A stretch of DNA of 64,000 bases, taken from the NCBI GenBank assembly GCA_014879465.1, contig JACSSA010000109.1:3891-67890 (forward strand), given 5' to 3'. Under the pieces are notes generated by a model. That model searched no databases. It saw only the letters and a program-made list of their open reading frames with translations, and was not told the origin of the DNA. The DNA is from Rhodothermales bacterium (GTDB taxonomy: Bacteria; Bacteroidota; Rhodothermia; Rhodothermales; BA12). The translations under genes and the position numbers were made by a program. How positions within the stretch are numbered: position 1 is the first letter of the stretch; each line of letters begins with the position of its first letter. Of the stretch, positions 1 to 8,811 are shown in pieces.

Positions 1-53
1 CGAAGCCGTCGCCACGTTCGGCGACCCCGCCCCCTTCCTCTCCATCCGCTGAT

Positions 54-293
54 ATGGCCCGCACCTTCAACCGCCAGCGCTTCGGCGCGGCCCTTCTCGC
101 CCACCGGGGCGACCTGTCCATCCGCGACGCCGCCGAGGCCGCAGGCGTCGGAGCCAAGACGTACCACGACGCCGAACGCGGCCACACCGAGCCGTCGGTG
201 ACGACGCTGGGCAAGCTCTGCGCGTGGCTGGGGCGGGACATCTGGGACTTCTTCGACGTGGAGGAGCCGGTCATGCCGGTGCTGATCGACTGA
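54..293 (+). CDS. XRE/Cro-CI family helix-turn-helix regulator
   Basis: 79 aa. The HTH signature LSIRDAAEAAGVGAKTYHDAERGHTEPSVTTLGKLCAWLG is typical of HTH_XRE. Confidence 0.7.
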   Translation: MARTFNRQRFGAALLAHRGDLSIRDAAEAAGVGAKTYHDAERGHTEPSVTTLGKLCAWLGRDIWDFFDVEEPVMPVLID

Positions 294-366
294 TCCACGC
301 TACAACCTGCAAGCCCCGCATTTCTGCGGAAACCGTGCCCCTGCACCCGCATCGCCTCCGCGCATC

Positions 367-774
367 ATGTGCCTGATCCTGTCCGACTGCCTGATCCGTC
401 TCACCGCCAGCGGTCGCTACACGACGCTGAGCCTTGCCCGCATGGCAGGGGTGAGCGAGGACACGATGCAGCGTGCCAAGCAGGACGGAAGCCTGCGTCA
501 CGACGCCTTCTGCGCCCTCGCCCGCGCCCTGTCGGCAGAGGGCGAGATGTGCCTGTCGGCGCTCACGCTCGCGCCCGGCCTTGACGTCGTGCCGTCGGGT
601 GTGGCCCGCACCGACGGTCGCATCGACGACGAGGCGGCGGGGATGTTTGCCGCCTTCGGAATGCTGGTGCAGGCCTTCAACAGCCGCAACCCGCAGGGCG
701 CTTTGCAGGCGCTCATAGAGGCTGAAGCCGTCCTGCGCAGCGCCTCCGCCGAGGTCGCCCGAATCGCCACCTAA
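367..774 (+). CDS. Hypothetical protein, possible HTH
   Basis: 135-aa ORF in the operon frame. The segment LSLARMAGVSEDTMQRAKQDG looks HTH-like. Start uncertain. Confidence 0.4.
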   Translation: MCLILSDCLIRLTASGRYTTLSLARMAGVSEDTMQRAKQDGSLRHDAFCALARALSAEGEMCLSALTLAPGLDVVPSGVARTDGRIDDEAAGMFAAFGMLVQAFNSRNPQGALQALIEAEAVLRSASAEVARIAT

Positions 775-807
775 CCACTCCCTCGGTGCTGGACACACCG
801 ACTCCCC

Positions 808-846
808 GCCGGTCGGCCCTTGTGGTAGGGCCTTGGGCCGACCGGC
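808..846. other. GC-rich stem-loop (12-bp stem) in intergenic gap
   Basis: gccggtcggccc (808-819) pairs with gggccgaccggc (835-846). There is no U-tract, so function is unknown. Confidence 0.4.
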
Positions 847-862
847 ACAGCCTGTCAATCTC

Positions 863-1210
863 ATGAAACGCTACCGCGTCACCTTCCGCAGCACGCCGCC
901 CCTCGGCTGCATGATGAAGTCTACCAACGTCGCCGCCTCCGACTCTGAGCACGCCATCGCCCGCGCCGTGCGCCTGCTCTCTGCCTACTACACACACCAA
1001 GTGCAGACGATGCAGACGAGCACGGTGGGAGGACAGCCCGTGCGCGAATCGGGCGTGGTGCACCTCTACGCCACCTGCGCAGCCTACTGGGCAGGCCACG
1101 TCGCAGAGGCTTGGCACTACGAGGTGCTGATCGACGAGCCGTCGGATTTCGACCTCGCCGGGCTGGTGCGGATGGGTCAGATCGTGGCCCCGATCCCGCC
1201 GCGCCCGTGA
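863..1210 (+). CDS. Hypothetical phage protein
   Basis: ATG at 863 within ORF 833-1210. Non-repetitive composition (MKRYRVTFRS...). No recognisable family. Confidence 0.5.
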   Translation: MKRYRVTFRSTPPLGCMMKSTNVAASDSEHAIARAVRLLSAYYTHQVQTMQTSTVGGQPVRESGVVHLYATCAAYWAGHVAEAWHYEVLIDEPSDFDLAGLVRMGQIVAPIPPRP

Positions 1211-1308
1211 TCCGCCGCACGCCACTCCGTCACCCCCGCGAGGCGCTGGCCTTTGCGTGGGGCGTCATCCTCACCGTGGCCCTCGTGCTGCTCTTTCTGG
1301 TCGTCTAA
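1207..1308 (+). CDS. Possible 33-aa single-pass membrane peptide
   Basis: GTG at 1207 overlaps the upstream stop (GTGA), and its TAA overlaps the next ATG (TAATG). The C-terminal hydrophobic helix is FAWGVILTVALVLLFLVV. Confidence 0.3.
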   Translation: MIRRTPLRHPREALAFAWGVILTVALVLLFLVV

Positions 1309-1553
1309 TGTCCGACTCGCTCACGCTTCGCTGGCAGGGACACACGTACCGCATCGTCTGGTGCTGGCGCGAAACCAAGGTCACTTCGCTAACCGCCGCT
1401 TCACGTGTCTTCACGTGGGACGCCTACGAGCACGAGAGGCTCGTGGAGGACTTCCCCGGCGGCCTTTACAGCACGATTTGGGGCCTCGTCACCGCAGCAG
1501 CCGAACAGCGCACCCCCTTCGACTACGCCCTTGGACGTGGCCTGTCTGCTTGA
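1308..1553 (+). CDS. Hypothetical phage protein
   Basis: ATG at 1308 inside ORF 1257-1553 (MSDSLTLRWQGHTYRIVW...), translationally coupled to its upstream neighbour. Confidence 0.5.
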   Translation: MSDSLTLRWQGHTYRIVWCWRETKVTSLTAASRVFTWDAYEHERLVEDFPGGLYSTIWGLVTAAAEQRTPFDYALGRGLSA

Positions 1554-1592
1554 AATCCCGCCTCCACCGAGGCTTCCACCGCTCGATCTCTG

Positions 1593-1793
1593 ATGACCAC
1601 CGACCCGCCTCGCTCCGAGCGCATCCGCCGCGCCTACGACGCCGCCGCTCGGCTGATTGGGCAGCGGCGCAAGGACGACCCCGATCCGGTCGTGTGCCTG
1701 CAAGCCGCCGACCTGATGGCCCTTGCTGACCTCGTCGAGACGGCGGGCGTCTCGCTCACCGCGCTCGATCCCTTCACGCCCACCCGCACCTGA
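1593..1793 (+). CDS. Hypothetical phage protein
   Basis: 66-aa ORF whose stop overlaps the next start (ATGA at 1790-1793). Confidence 0.5.
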   Translation: MTTDPPRSERIRRAYDAAARLIGQRRKDDPDPVVCLQAADLMALADLVETAGVSLTALDPFTPTRT

Positions 1794-2508
1794 TGGAAAC
1801 GCTCGCCCCAACCGCCCTTGCTGTGCGCCAACCCTGCGACGGGCCCGCCTTTACCGCGTGGCTGGCCGCGTTTGGCCTACCCGACTTTGAGGCCGAGCCG
1901 AATCTGCCTGCCTCCCTTGCCCTGCTTGACTTCGCAATGGTCATCACAAGAGAGGAGATCGACTGGCTGGGGGCGCTCTACGAAGACGAGGCCCGCCGGG
2001 TCTGCCGGGCGCTCCTTGCCGCCGCCGCCGCCCTCGAAGCCGAGGGCCAGAAGAAGGCCGACACCGGCGCGTTCCTCGTGGCCGTCCACGCCGCCGGGCC
2101 GGATCGGCTGGCGCGGTGCAGCACGCCCAAGGGCATCCAAACCGAGGCGCGGCGCTGGGCCGAGGCTTCGCGTCCCGATCCGCTGAGGCCGTCTGCGCCT
2201 TCGCCTCGGGACTGCTGGGGCGGGACATCGCGATGCTCGGGCAGATGGAGGAGGCCGACGCGCTTGATGTCGGACGGGGCTTGCAGGCGATGCAGCGCCT
2301 CATTGAAGCCAAGGGCTACCCCGCCTCCGCTGTCGCGGGCCTGCTCGAATGGCTTGCCGCCGAACCGAGCCGCCTCGCTGCGCTCTTCTCCGACGCCGAC
2401 CGCGCCGACGCGCTCCAAGCCGAGTGGATGGCCGCCAATCCGCCGCCCGACGGCGGGCTGTTTGACCAACACGCCAACCGTCCACGCAAACACCAAGACC
2501 CTGCCTGA
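1793..2508 (+). pseudogene. Hypothetical phage gene with apparent frameshift near 2160-2185
   Basis: The frame of 1793 gives plausible protein up to about ...TEARRWAEA and then turns Arg/Pro-rich junk. The frame of 2116 becomes plausible from ...SAEAVCAFASGLLGRDIAMLGQMEEADAL and ends at 2508, 4 nt before the next gene. Confidence 0.45.
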
Positions 2509-2511
2509 GCC

Positions 2512-2802
2512 ATGCCTGAGCGCATCCCGCCCGGCCACTACCGCACACAGGACGGCCGCGTGCTTCGTCTTCCCCCGCCTCGCGGAAACACGAAGACGAA
2601 CCCGTGCCTCGCGTACGGCCCCGGTCCTGACGGCAAGCGGTGCCGCGACTGTGCCCGGCTGATCGTCAAGCAGTACGACAAGCGGTATTACAAGTGCGAA
2701 CTCCGCCGCCTCCCCGACGGCACACTCGGCGGTCCGGCCACCGACCACCGCGTGACGTGGCCTGCGTGCGCCCACTACGTCCGCGCCGACGAACAACCCT
2801 AA
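2512..2802 (+). CDS. Hypothetical Cys-containing phage protein
   Basis: 96 aa with C-x2-C (CRDCARL) plus distal Cys/His residues, so possibly a zinc ribbon. Confidence 0.55.
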   Translation: MPERIPPGHYRTQDGRVLRLPPPRGNTKTNPCLAYGPGPDGKRCRDCARLIVKQYDKRYYKCELRRLPDGTLGGPATDHRVTWPACAHYVRADEQP

Positions 2803-2815
2803 ACCCCGACCTGCC

Positions 2816-3409
2816 ATGCAGATCACCAAGATCAACATCCGCACGACCTCCAAGAAGGTCGTCACCACCATCGAGTGGGAGGCCGCGCCGCCCGACCTCA
2901 CGCCCGGCAACACCCCGCCCGTGCTCGAAACCTACCGCCTCAAGAGCGAGGACGAGCCGCACCCTGATTTGCTGGAAGACCTGCAAGCCCTGCGGTGGGC
3001 ATTCTCGGAGGTGTGCGCAATGGAGGAGGCGTGGTGCGAAGGCCTGTCGGTGAATGCCGTGTCGAGCACGCTCACCGAGGACGGCCGCCGCGTGTGGAAT
3101 GTGACGGCCACGAAGGACGTGGGCTACGAGGCAGAGGAGTTCGAGATGACGCTCACCACGCCCTTCTTCTCGCCCAGCGGCGACCTGCTCGACGACGTGA
3201 TGGCGGCGTGCTCGGAGGCGCGGCTTTACGTCAAGGGCAAGCGCCGCCAGCTGCGCCTCTTCGACGACGCCGCCACCGGCGACGGGCAGTCCACCGACTA
3301 CGCGCCCGGCGAGACGGCAATGACGATGACGGTGCTTGACGCCGACGGCACTCCGATTGCCGGGCCGTTCGACGCTGCGCCGCTGGGCCGTCGCCAAGCG
3401 GAGGCGTGA
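2816..3409 (+). CDS. Hypothetical phage protein
   Basis: 197-aa ORF with balanced composition. Its stop overlaps the next start. Confidence 0.6.
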   Translation: MQITKINIRTTSKKVVTTIEWEAAPPDLTPGNTPPVLETYRLKSEDEPHPDLLEDLQALRWAFSEVCAMEEAWCEGLSVNAVSSTLTEDGRRVWNVTATKDVGYEAEEFEMTLTTPFFSPSGDLLDDVMAACSEARLYVKGKRRQLRLFDDAATGDGQSTDYAPGETAMTMTVLDADGTPIAGPFDAAPLGRRQAEA

Positions 3410-4464
3410 TGTCCTACACTCTACCGCCGCGCTGTCCCGACGAGCTGCTCTGCACGCCCGCTCTACATCCTGCCGAAAAGCTCTTTTGGTTGGCTGTACG
3501 AAGCGTGCAGGGTGGCGGCGGAGAGGCGTGGGCTGACCTCTCTGAGTACGCAAGGCGGGTCGGGCAAAGCAAGCCGCAGGCGTCGCGTACCATCAAGCGG
3601 CTTCTCGAAAAAGGCTGGCTGGAACGCACCGCCAAGCGCGGCGGACGTGGGCTACGATGCGTCGTCCCAGCGCTCGAAATCGTTGCCGACGTGGTAACAG
3701 AAGTTGCCGAGACGGTAACGCTTGATGATGCTGATGGAGTTGCCGAGACGGTAACGGAAGTTGCCGACGTGGTAACGGAAGTTGCCGAGACGGTAACGCC
3801 ATCTGAATCCGTACAGGAATCCGTACAGGAATCCGATGGGGAGGCTCCGCCTCCCGCGCCGAACGTCGCAAGCGACGCCGACGCACCGAGCCGGGCGGAG
3901 CGTCTTCGCCGCGAAGCCGAGGAGGTGAGGGCAGAGGCCGAGCACATTGCTGCCGAGGCTGCCCGCACCAAGGCCGAGGCTGCCCGCATCGCCGCCGAAA
4001 AAGCCAAGGCGAAAGCCGAGGCGAAGCCCAAGACCAAGGCTACGCCGCACCCGGCCGTCGGGATGGTGCAGCGGCTCTGGCATCGCAACCTCAACCCTGT
4101 TCAGGCGGAGGCCGTGGCCGAGCGCTTCCCTGAACCCACGCCCAAGCCTGAGCGCGGCACCCCCGAAGCGGCCGCCTTCTCTGCTGCCCTGCGCGAATGG
4201 GAGGCGACGCTGCAAGAGGCCGGGCGGCGGGGATGGTTTGGCAGGAACATCGAACGTCTTTTAGAATACCACGATGAGCGACTCGCAGGCACCAAGAGGC
4301 CCCCGGCCTCTCGCCAAGATTCTCGACCTGCCGCCGCGCCCGGACGCACCGCCTCTGAGCGAGCAGGGCACGTCAGCCTTGCCAGCACTGAGGACGAGTT
4401 CCTCCGCGCCGCCCACATCCTCGCAGATGGATTTGGCGGGGACGGCCGCGCTGGCGTTGCGTGA
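3406..4464 (+). CDS. Replication-initiator-like winged-HTH protein containing in-frame iterons
   Basis: The N-terminal MarR-like wHTH is LSEYARRVGQSKPQASRTIKRLLEKGWLER. It is followed by a repeat-encoded linker (VADVVTEVAETVT...) and a Lys/Ala/Glu-rich coiled region. Confidence 0.5.
   Translation: MMSYTLPPRCPDELLCTPALHPAEKLFWLAVRSVQGGGGEAWADLSEYARRVGQSKPQASRTIKRLLEKGWLERTAKRGGRGLRCVVPALEIVADVVTEVAETVTLDDADGVAETVTEVADVVTEVAETVTPSESVQESVQESDGEAPPPAPNVASDADAPSRAERLRREAEEVRAEAEHIAAEAARTKAEAARIAAEKAKAKAEAKPKTKATPHPAVGMVQRLWHRNLNPVQAEAVAERFPEPTPKPERGTPEAAAFSAALREWEATLQEAGRRGWFGRNIERLLEYHDERLAGTKRPPASRQDSRPAAAPGRTASERAGHVSLASTEDEFLRAAHILADGFGGDGRAGVA
3682..3800 (+). repeat. Five 21-bp direct repeats (iteron-like) GTTGCCGASRYGGTAACRGAA
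   Basis: Copies at 3682-3702, 3703-3720, 3739-3759, 3760-3780 and 3781-3800, read directly from the sequence. Confidence 0.85.
3805..3835 (+). repeat. 2.5 copies of a 12-bp tandem repeat GAATCCGTACAG
   Basis: gaatccgtacag at 3805-3816 and 3817-3828, then gaatccgat. It follows the iterons immediately and is locally AT-richer. Confidence 0.8.
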
Positions 4465-4894
4465 CGATCCGGCCCTTGCGCCACTCGTCACCGCTGCCAC
4501 GGTAGGCCACGCGCTCGACGCCGTGCGCCGCGTCGTGGTAGCGCTTGGCCTCGACGTAGATGCCCATCGCATCGCCGCCCTCGCCGCACTTCTGGCCGAC
4601 GCGCCGGAGTCATGGACGGTCGCCGCGCTGGACGCCGCCGCCCGCGCCTTGTGCTTCGACACGTGGTTCCGCGAGACCGTGCGCTTTGGCGGGACTGTCA
4701 CGCCTGCCGACTTTGAGCGGATGCGCACAGGCGAGAGCGCTGCGCCGGGCGTGGCCGCCGCACGGCTCCACACCTACGCCGAAGCCGTCGCCGCCTGCCA
4801 CAAGGCGGGCGTGGTGGACGGCGTACCTACCGCCCTCTTTGACCTCGTGCCGGTCGAGGGCGCGAAGCCGCTGTGGCGGCGCAAAGCCGCCTGA
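4427..4894 (+). CDS. Hypothetical phage protein
   Basis: ATG at 4427 within ORF 4274-4894. The upstream part of that ORF overlaps the previous gene and is Pro/Ser-rich. Confidence 0.5.
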   Translation: MDLAGTAALALRDDPALAPLVTAATVGHALDAVRRVVVALGLDVDAHRIAALAALLADAPESWTVAALDAAARALCFDTWFRETVRFGGTVTPADFERMRTGESAAPGVAAARLHTYAEAVAACHKAGVVDGVPTALFDLVPVEGAKPLWRRKAA

Positions 4895-4898
4895 TCCG

Positions 4899-5722
4899 AT
4901 GCTCACCACCGACCGTCCCCTGATGCGCTACCCCGGCGGCAAGGCCATGCTCGCCCCGTGGATCGTGGCCCACATGCCCCCGCACCGGGCGTACTGCGAG
5001 CCCTTCGGCGGCGCGGCCAGCGTGCTGCTGGCCAAGCCCCGCGTGCGCACCGAGGTCTACAACGACCTCGACGGACGGATGGCCAATCTCTTCCGCGTGC
5101 TGCGCGACGCGCCGGATGCGCTTGCCGACGCGCTCTGCCTCACGCTCTATTCGCGCCGCGAGTACGAGTTGTCCACAAGCCCCGCTGAGGACGCCGTTGA
5201 GGACGCCCGTCGGCTGCTGGTGCGGGCGCAGATGGGCATCGGCTTCAACAGCCTGCGCACCGGCGCGGCGCTGAAAAGGAGCGGTTTCCGCACGGGCGCG
5301 CGGCACGACAAGCCGCTGGCGGCCGAGTGGGCCGAGATGCCTGGCATCGTGCGCCGCGTGGCCCAGCGCTTCCGTGGCGTGGTGGTGGAGCAGATGGACG
5401 CTGTGGACCTTATCCGCCGCGTCGAGGCTGACACGCGCGGCGACGTGCTCCACTACGTTGATCCGCCCTACCACCAGGGCACGCGCGGCGAAAACCGCTA
5501 CGTCCACGACCTCGACGACGCAGGGCAGGAGCGGCTACTGGCCTGCCTGCGGGAGGCGTGCTCTCGGGCTACGACAGCCCCCTCTACCGCGAGGCGCTGC
5601 CCGGCTGGCACGTCGTGAGCACGCCTGCTCGCGCGCTGGACGGCACTGCCCGCACCGAATGCCTCTGGCTCAACCCCCGCGCCGCCGCCGCCCGGCCCAG
5701 CCTGTTCGATCAATCTGCCTGA
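4899..5722 (+). pseudogene. dam: N6-adenine DNA methyltransferase (Dam/D12 class) with a 1-nt frameshift near 5545-5558
   Basis: MRYPGGK, EPFGGAASV and DPPY motifs are present. After ...RLLACLREA the family-typical tail VLSGYDSPLYREALPGWHVV...ECLWLNP continues in another frame and stops at 5720-5722, 5 nt before the next gene. Confidence 0.8.
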
Positions 5723-5726
5723 CACG

Positions 5727-6707
5727 ATGGACCTGTTCCGCGACATCTCCACCTACGACCCCATCGCCCTCGCCGCATTGCGGCGCGGCGCGACGCTCGC
5801 GATCTCGGTGTCGGGCGGCAAGGACTCGCAGGCGATGCTCTACCGCCTCGTGGAGATGCGCAAGGCGCTGGACTGGACAGGGCCGTCGCACGCTGTTCAC
5901 GCCGATCTCGGCCGCGCCGAATGGCCCCAGACGCTCGCCCACGTGGAGGCGATGTGCCGGTCTCGCCACGTGCCGCTCTCCGTTGTGCGGCGCGACAGAG
6001 GCGACCTCGTGGCGCGCATCGAGGAGCGGCTGAACACCGTGTCCACGCTCGACGGCACCCGTACGGCAAAACCGTTCTGGCCCAGCGCCGCGCAGCGCTA
6101 CTGCACGAGCGACCTCAAGCGTGGCCCCATCCAGAAGTGGCTACGCACGCTCGGCAAGGACGTCGTGATCGTCTCGGCGCAAGGGATGCGGAGCGAGGAG
6201 TCGAGCCGCCGGGCCAAGATGGAGCCGCTCTCGGTCAACAAAGCCCTCACGTCCAAACACCTGCGCGGCGTCACGTCCTCGAACTCACGCGGCTATACTC
6301 CCAGCGAAGCCCTTAGCGCGTGGCAGAGCGAGGGCGGACGGCTCGTGCTCGATTGGCTGGCCCTGTTCGACTGGAGCGAGGAGCAGGTGTGGGCCGCGCT
6401 CGTCCCCGGCGGCATCCGGGAGCTTCGCGCCCGGCAAAAGCTCTACCGCGACGGCGACGAGGCGGCGGCGCTGCACGGCTGGCTAGCGCACCCGGCCTAC
6501 GTGTGGGGCAACCGTCGTCTTTCGTGCGCCCTCTGCGTGCTCGCGTGCAGGGGCGACCTCGTCAACGGCATCCGTCACAACCCCCAGCTTGCCGCCCGCT
6601 ACGTTTTGCTTGAACGTGCCTCTGGCTACAGCTTCAAACAAGGCCAGAGCCTCGAAGCGCTCGCCGCCGAGGAGATGATCCGCTTGCCCATCCTCGAACC
6701 CGCCTGA
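5727..6707 (+). CDS. PAPS-reductase-family PP-loop ATP pyrophosphatase-like protein
   Basis: PP-loop motif ISVSGGKDSQAM and C-terminal Cys cluster SCALCVLAC. 326 aa. Confidence 0.75.
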   Translation: MDLFRDISTYDPIALAALRRGATLAISVSGGKDSQAMLYRLVEMRKALDWTGPSHAVHADLGRAEWPQTLAHVEAMCRSRHVPLSVVRRDRGDLVARIEERLNTVSTLDGTRTAKPFWPSAAQRYCTSDLKRGPIQKWLRTLGKDVVIVSAQGMRSEESSRRAKMEPLSVNKALTSKHLRGVTSSNSRGYTPSEALSAWQSEGGRLVLDWLALFDWSEEQVWAALVPGGIRELRARQKLYRDGDEAAALHGWLAHPAYVWGNRRLSCALCVLACRGDLVNGIRHNPQLAARYVLLERASGYSFKQGQSLEALAAEEMIRLPILEPA

Positions 6708-6712
6708 CCGCT

Positions 6713-8395
6713 ATGCCCCTCACCCTCACCGATATGTTCTGCGGCTGCGGAGGCTCTTCCTCGGGAGCGTCCGCCGTGAACGACGTGCGCGTCCAGCTCG
6801 CCATGAACCACTGGCGTCTCGCCGTGGACAACCACAACCACAACCACCCCGACACCGACCACGACTGCGCCGACATCTCCGAGACGCACCCGGGCCGCTA
6901 CGCACGCACCGACGGCCTGATCGCTTCGCCCGAGTGCACGAACCACAGCCTCGCCAAGGGCGCTCGGCGCACTCGCCTCAACCAAGGGGACTTCTTCCAG
7001 TCGTCGATCAATCCCGCCGAGGTCCGCAGCCGGGCGACGATGTGGGACGTCGTGCGCTTCGCCGAGCACCACCGCTACGAGTTCATCGTCACCGAGAACG
7101 TGGTGGACGTGCGCCGGTGGGCACTCTACGAGCCGTGGCTGGCGGCGATGCACGCGCTCGGCTACGCGCACAAATCCGTGTATCTGAACGCGATGTTCGC
7201 GCACGGACCGACGATCGCGGGCTTCGCGCCGCAGAGCCGCGACCGGATCTACATCGTGTTCTGGAAGCGTGGCAACCGCGCCCCCGACCTCGACATTCGG
7301 CCTAAGGCTCCGTGCCTGTCGTGCGGGTGCGACGTCGAGGCGGTGCAGGCGTGGAAGCCGGGCCGGACGTGGGGCAAGTACAAGTCCCAGTACGTCTACC
7401 GCTGCCCCGCGTGCGCGGGTGTCGTGACGCCCTACTTCTACGCCGCGCTCAACGCCCTCGACCTGAGCCTGCCGGGCCAGCGCATCGGCGACCGCGACCG
7501 ACCGCTCCAGCCCAAGACGCTCGCCCGCATCGAGTACGGGCTGAAGAAGTACGGCCTGCGCCACCTTGTCATCCGCGACCTGAGCACGTCGGGCGTCGGG
7601 CACCGCGTGCGCGACGCGGCAACGGCCGAGCTTCCCACGCAGGTAGGCTACGGCCACGGCGACTCGGTGCTGATGCCCTTCCTCGTCGAGACGCTCTACA
7701 GCCACGCCCCGGACGACCGGGCGCGTAGCGGTGCCGACGTGCTGCCTGCGCAGACGACACGGGCGAGCATGGCCGTCGCCCTCCCCTTCCTTCAAGCAAG
7801 CCGCGCCGGATCGCCTCCGCACGGCGTAGACGGGGCGCTGCACACGATCACGACGAGCACGAGCGGCGAGTACGTCGTGAGTCCTGAGCCGTTCGTCGTG
7901 CCGCTTCGCTCAGGGCGGGCGCGAGCACAAGGTTTGAACGATGTGCTCGCGACGATTGTCGCCAACGGCTCTAACCACATGCTCATCGCCCCGTCGGCGC
8001 TGCTGACGATGCGCGGGCCGCGTCACCTCTCTGGCATCGACGATGGCCTCCCTGCGCAGGTGACGACGATCCAGAACGCGGTGGTCTCCAGTACCGCATT
8101 TCTGACGAGCTACTACAAGAACGCGCAGGCCGCACGCCTGAGCGATGCGATGCCCACCGTTCCAACGCACGACCGCCACGCCCTCGCCTACGCCGAGTCG
8201 CTGCCGGTACCCTCGGTCGAGGATCTGTACTTCCGGATGCTCCAGCCGCACGAGATGCTGGCCGGGCAGGGCTTTGCCTCCGACTACGTGGTGCTCGGCA
8301 GCAAGCGCGATCAGGTGAAGCAGATCGGCAACGCCAACCCACCGCCCACGATGCAGCTGCTCGTCGAGCGCTGCGTCCAGTCCCTTGCCGCCTGA
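6713..8395 (+). CDS. dcm: DNA (cytosine-5)-methyltransferase
   Basis: Motif I DMFCGCGG, motif IV ASPECTNHS, motif VI TENV and motif X QIGNANPPP. Confidence 0.9.
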   Translation: MPLTLTDMFCGCGGSSSGASAVNDVRVQLAMNHWRLAVDNHNHNHPDTDHDCADISETHPGRYARTDGLIASPECTNHSLAKGARRTRLNQGDFFQSSINPAEVRSRATMWDVVRFAEHHRYEFIVTENVVDVRRWALYEPWLAAMHALGYAHKSVYLNAMFAHGPTIAGFAPQSRDRIYIVFWKRGNRAPDLDIRPKAPCLSCGCDVEAVQAWKPGRTWGKYKSQYVYRCPACAGVVTPYFYAALNALDLSLPGQRIGDRDRPLQPKTLARIEYGLKKYGLRHLVIRDLSTSGVGHRVRDAATAELPTQVGYGHGDSVLMPFLVETLYSHAPDDRARSGADVLPAQTTRASMAVALPFLQASRAGSPPHGVDGALHTITTSTSGEYVVSPEPFVVPLRSGRARAQGLNDVLATIVANGSNHMLIAPSALLTMRGPRHLSGIDDGLPAQVTTIQNAVVSSTAFLTSYYKNAQAARLSDAMPTVPTHDRHALAYAESLPVPSVEDLYFRMLQPHEMLAGQGFASDYVVLGSKRDQVKQIGNANPPPTMQLLVERCVQSLAA

Positions 8396-8453
8396 CATGA
8401 TCGACGCGACACGCGCCCTACGCATCCTGAACGCCTGACACCTCTGTACCGCC

Positions 8454-8810
8454 ATGTCCCGCACGACCGACCGACCGCCCACCCGCCGGGCTACGCCGAC
8501 AACCCACACGCAGGTGCTCACGAGCGCCGAAGATCTTGCAGCGCTCGTGCGCGAAGCTGTGGCGGGGGCAGAGCGCCCACTGCTGCCGCCCGACCCGGAC
8601 GGACTGGCCGGGCTGCTCGCCGGAGCGCAGCGGGGGCGCTACCTCAACGCCGCAGCTGTGGCCGCGTACCTCGGCGTGCGGCCCCGTACGCTGGAGAACT
8701 ACCGCAAGGCCGGGCTTCCGGCGCACCGGTTCGAGGGCGTGGCGGGGCTGTTCTACGTGCTGGCGGAAGTAGACGTGTGGCTGGCGGCGCGGCGCGTGGA
8801 GGGGCTGTAG
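8454..8810 (+). CDS. xis: Excisionase-like (MerR/AlpA-type HTH) protein
   Basis: The C-terminal YLNAAAVAAYLGVRPRTLENYRKAGLPAH...EVDVWL resembles the HTH_17/Xis fold. The gene lies immediately next to the integrase. Confidence 0.55.
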   Translation: MSRTTDRPPTRRATPTTHTQVLTSAEDLAALVREAVAGAERPLLPPDPDGLAGLLAGAQRGRYLNAAAVAAYLGVRPRTLENYRKAGLPAHRFEGVAGLFYVLAEVDVWLAARRVEGL

Positions 8811-8811
8811 G

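Noticed and set aside
1793-2662. 289-aa ORF taken at face value.
   Set aside because: Beyond about 2170 it becomes Arg/Pro/Ser-rich and overlaps the well-formed gene 2512-2802. The alternative frame ending at 2508 fits the operon spacing, so it is treated as a frameshifted gene.
3682-3835. Regular short direct repeats that could superficially suggest a CRISPR array.
   Set aside because: The repeats are contiguous or separated by a single 18-bp spacer, lie in frame inside a coding sequence, and have no unique spacers, cas genes or leader. They are interpreted as iterons.
6626-7843. 405-aa minus-strand ORF antisense to the Dcm gene. Similar long shadow ORFs occur at 38018-40522, 61377-63962, 28631-30475, 34413-36599, 53434-55491 and elsewhere.
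   Set aside because: They are Arg/Gly/Ala/Pro-rich with no motifs. They overlap genes with strong family signatures on the other strand. This is the typical high-GC antisense open-frame artefact.
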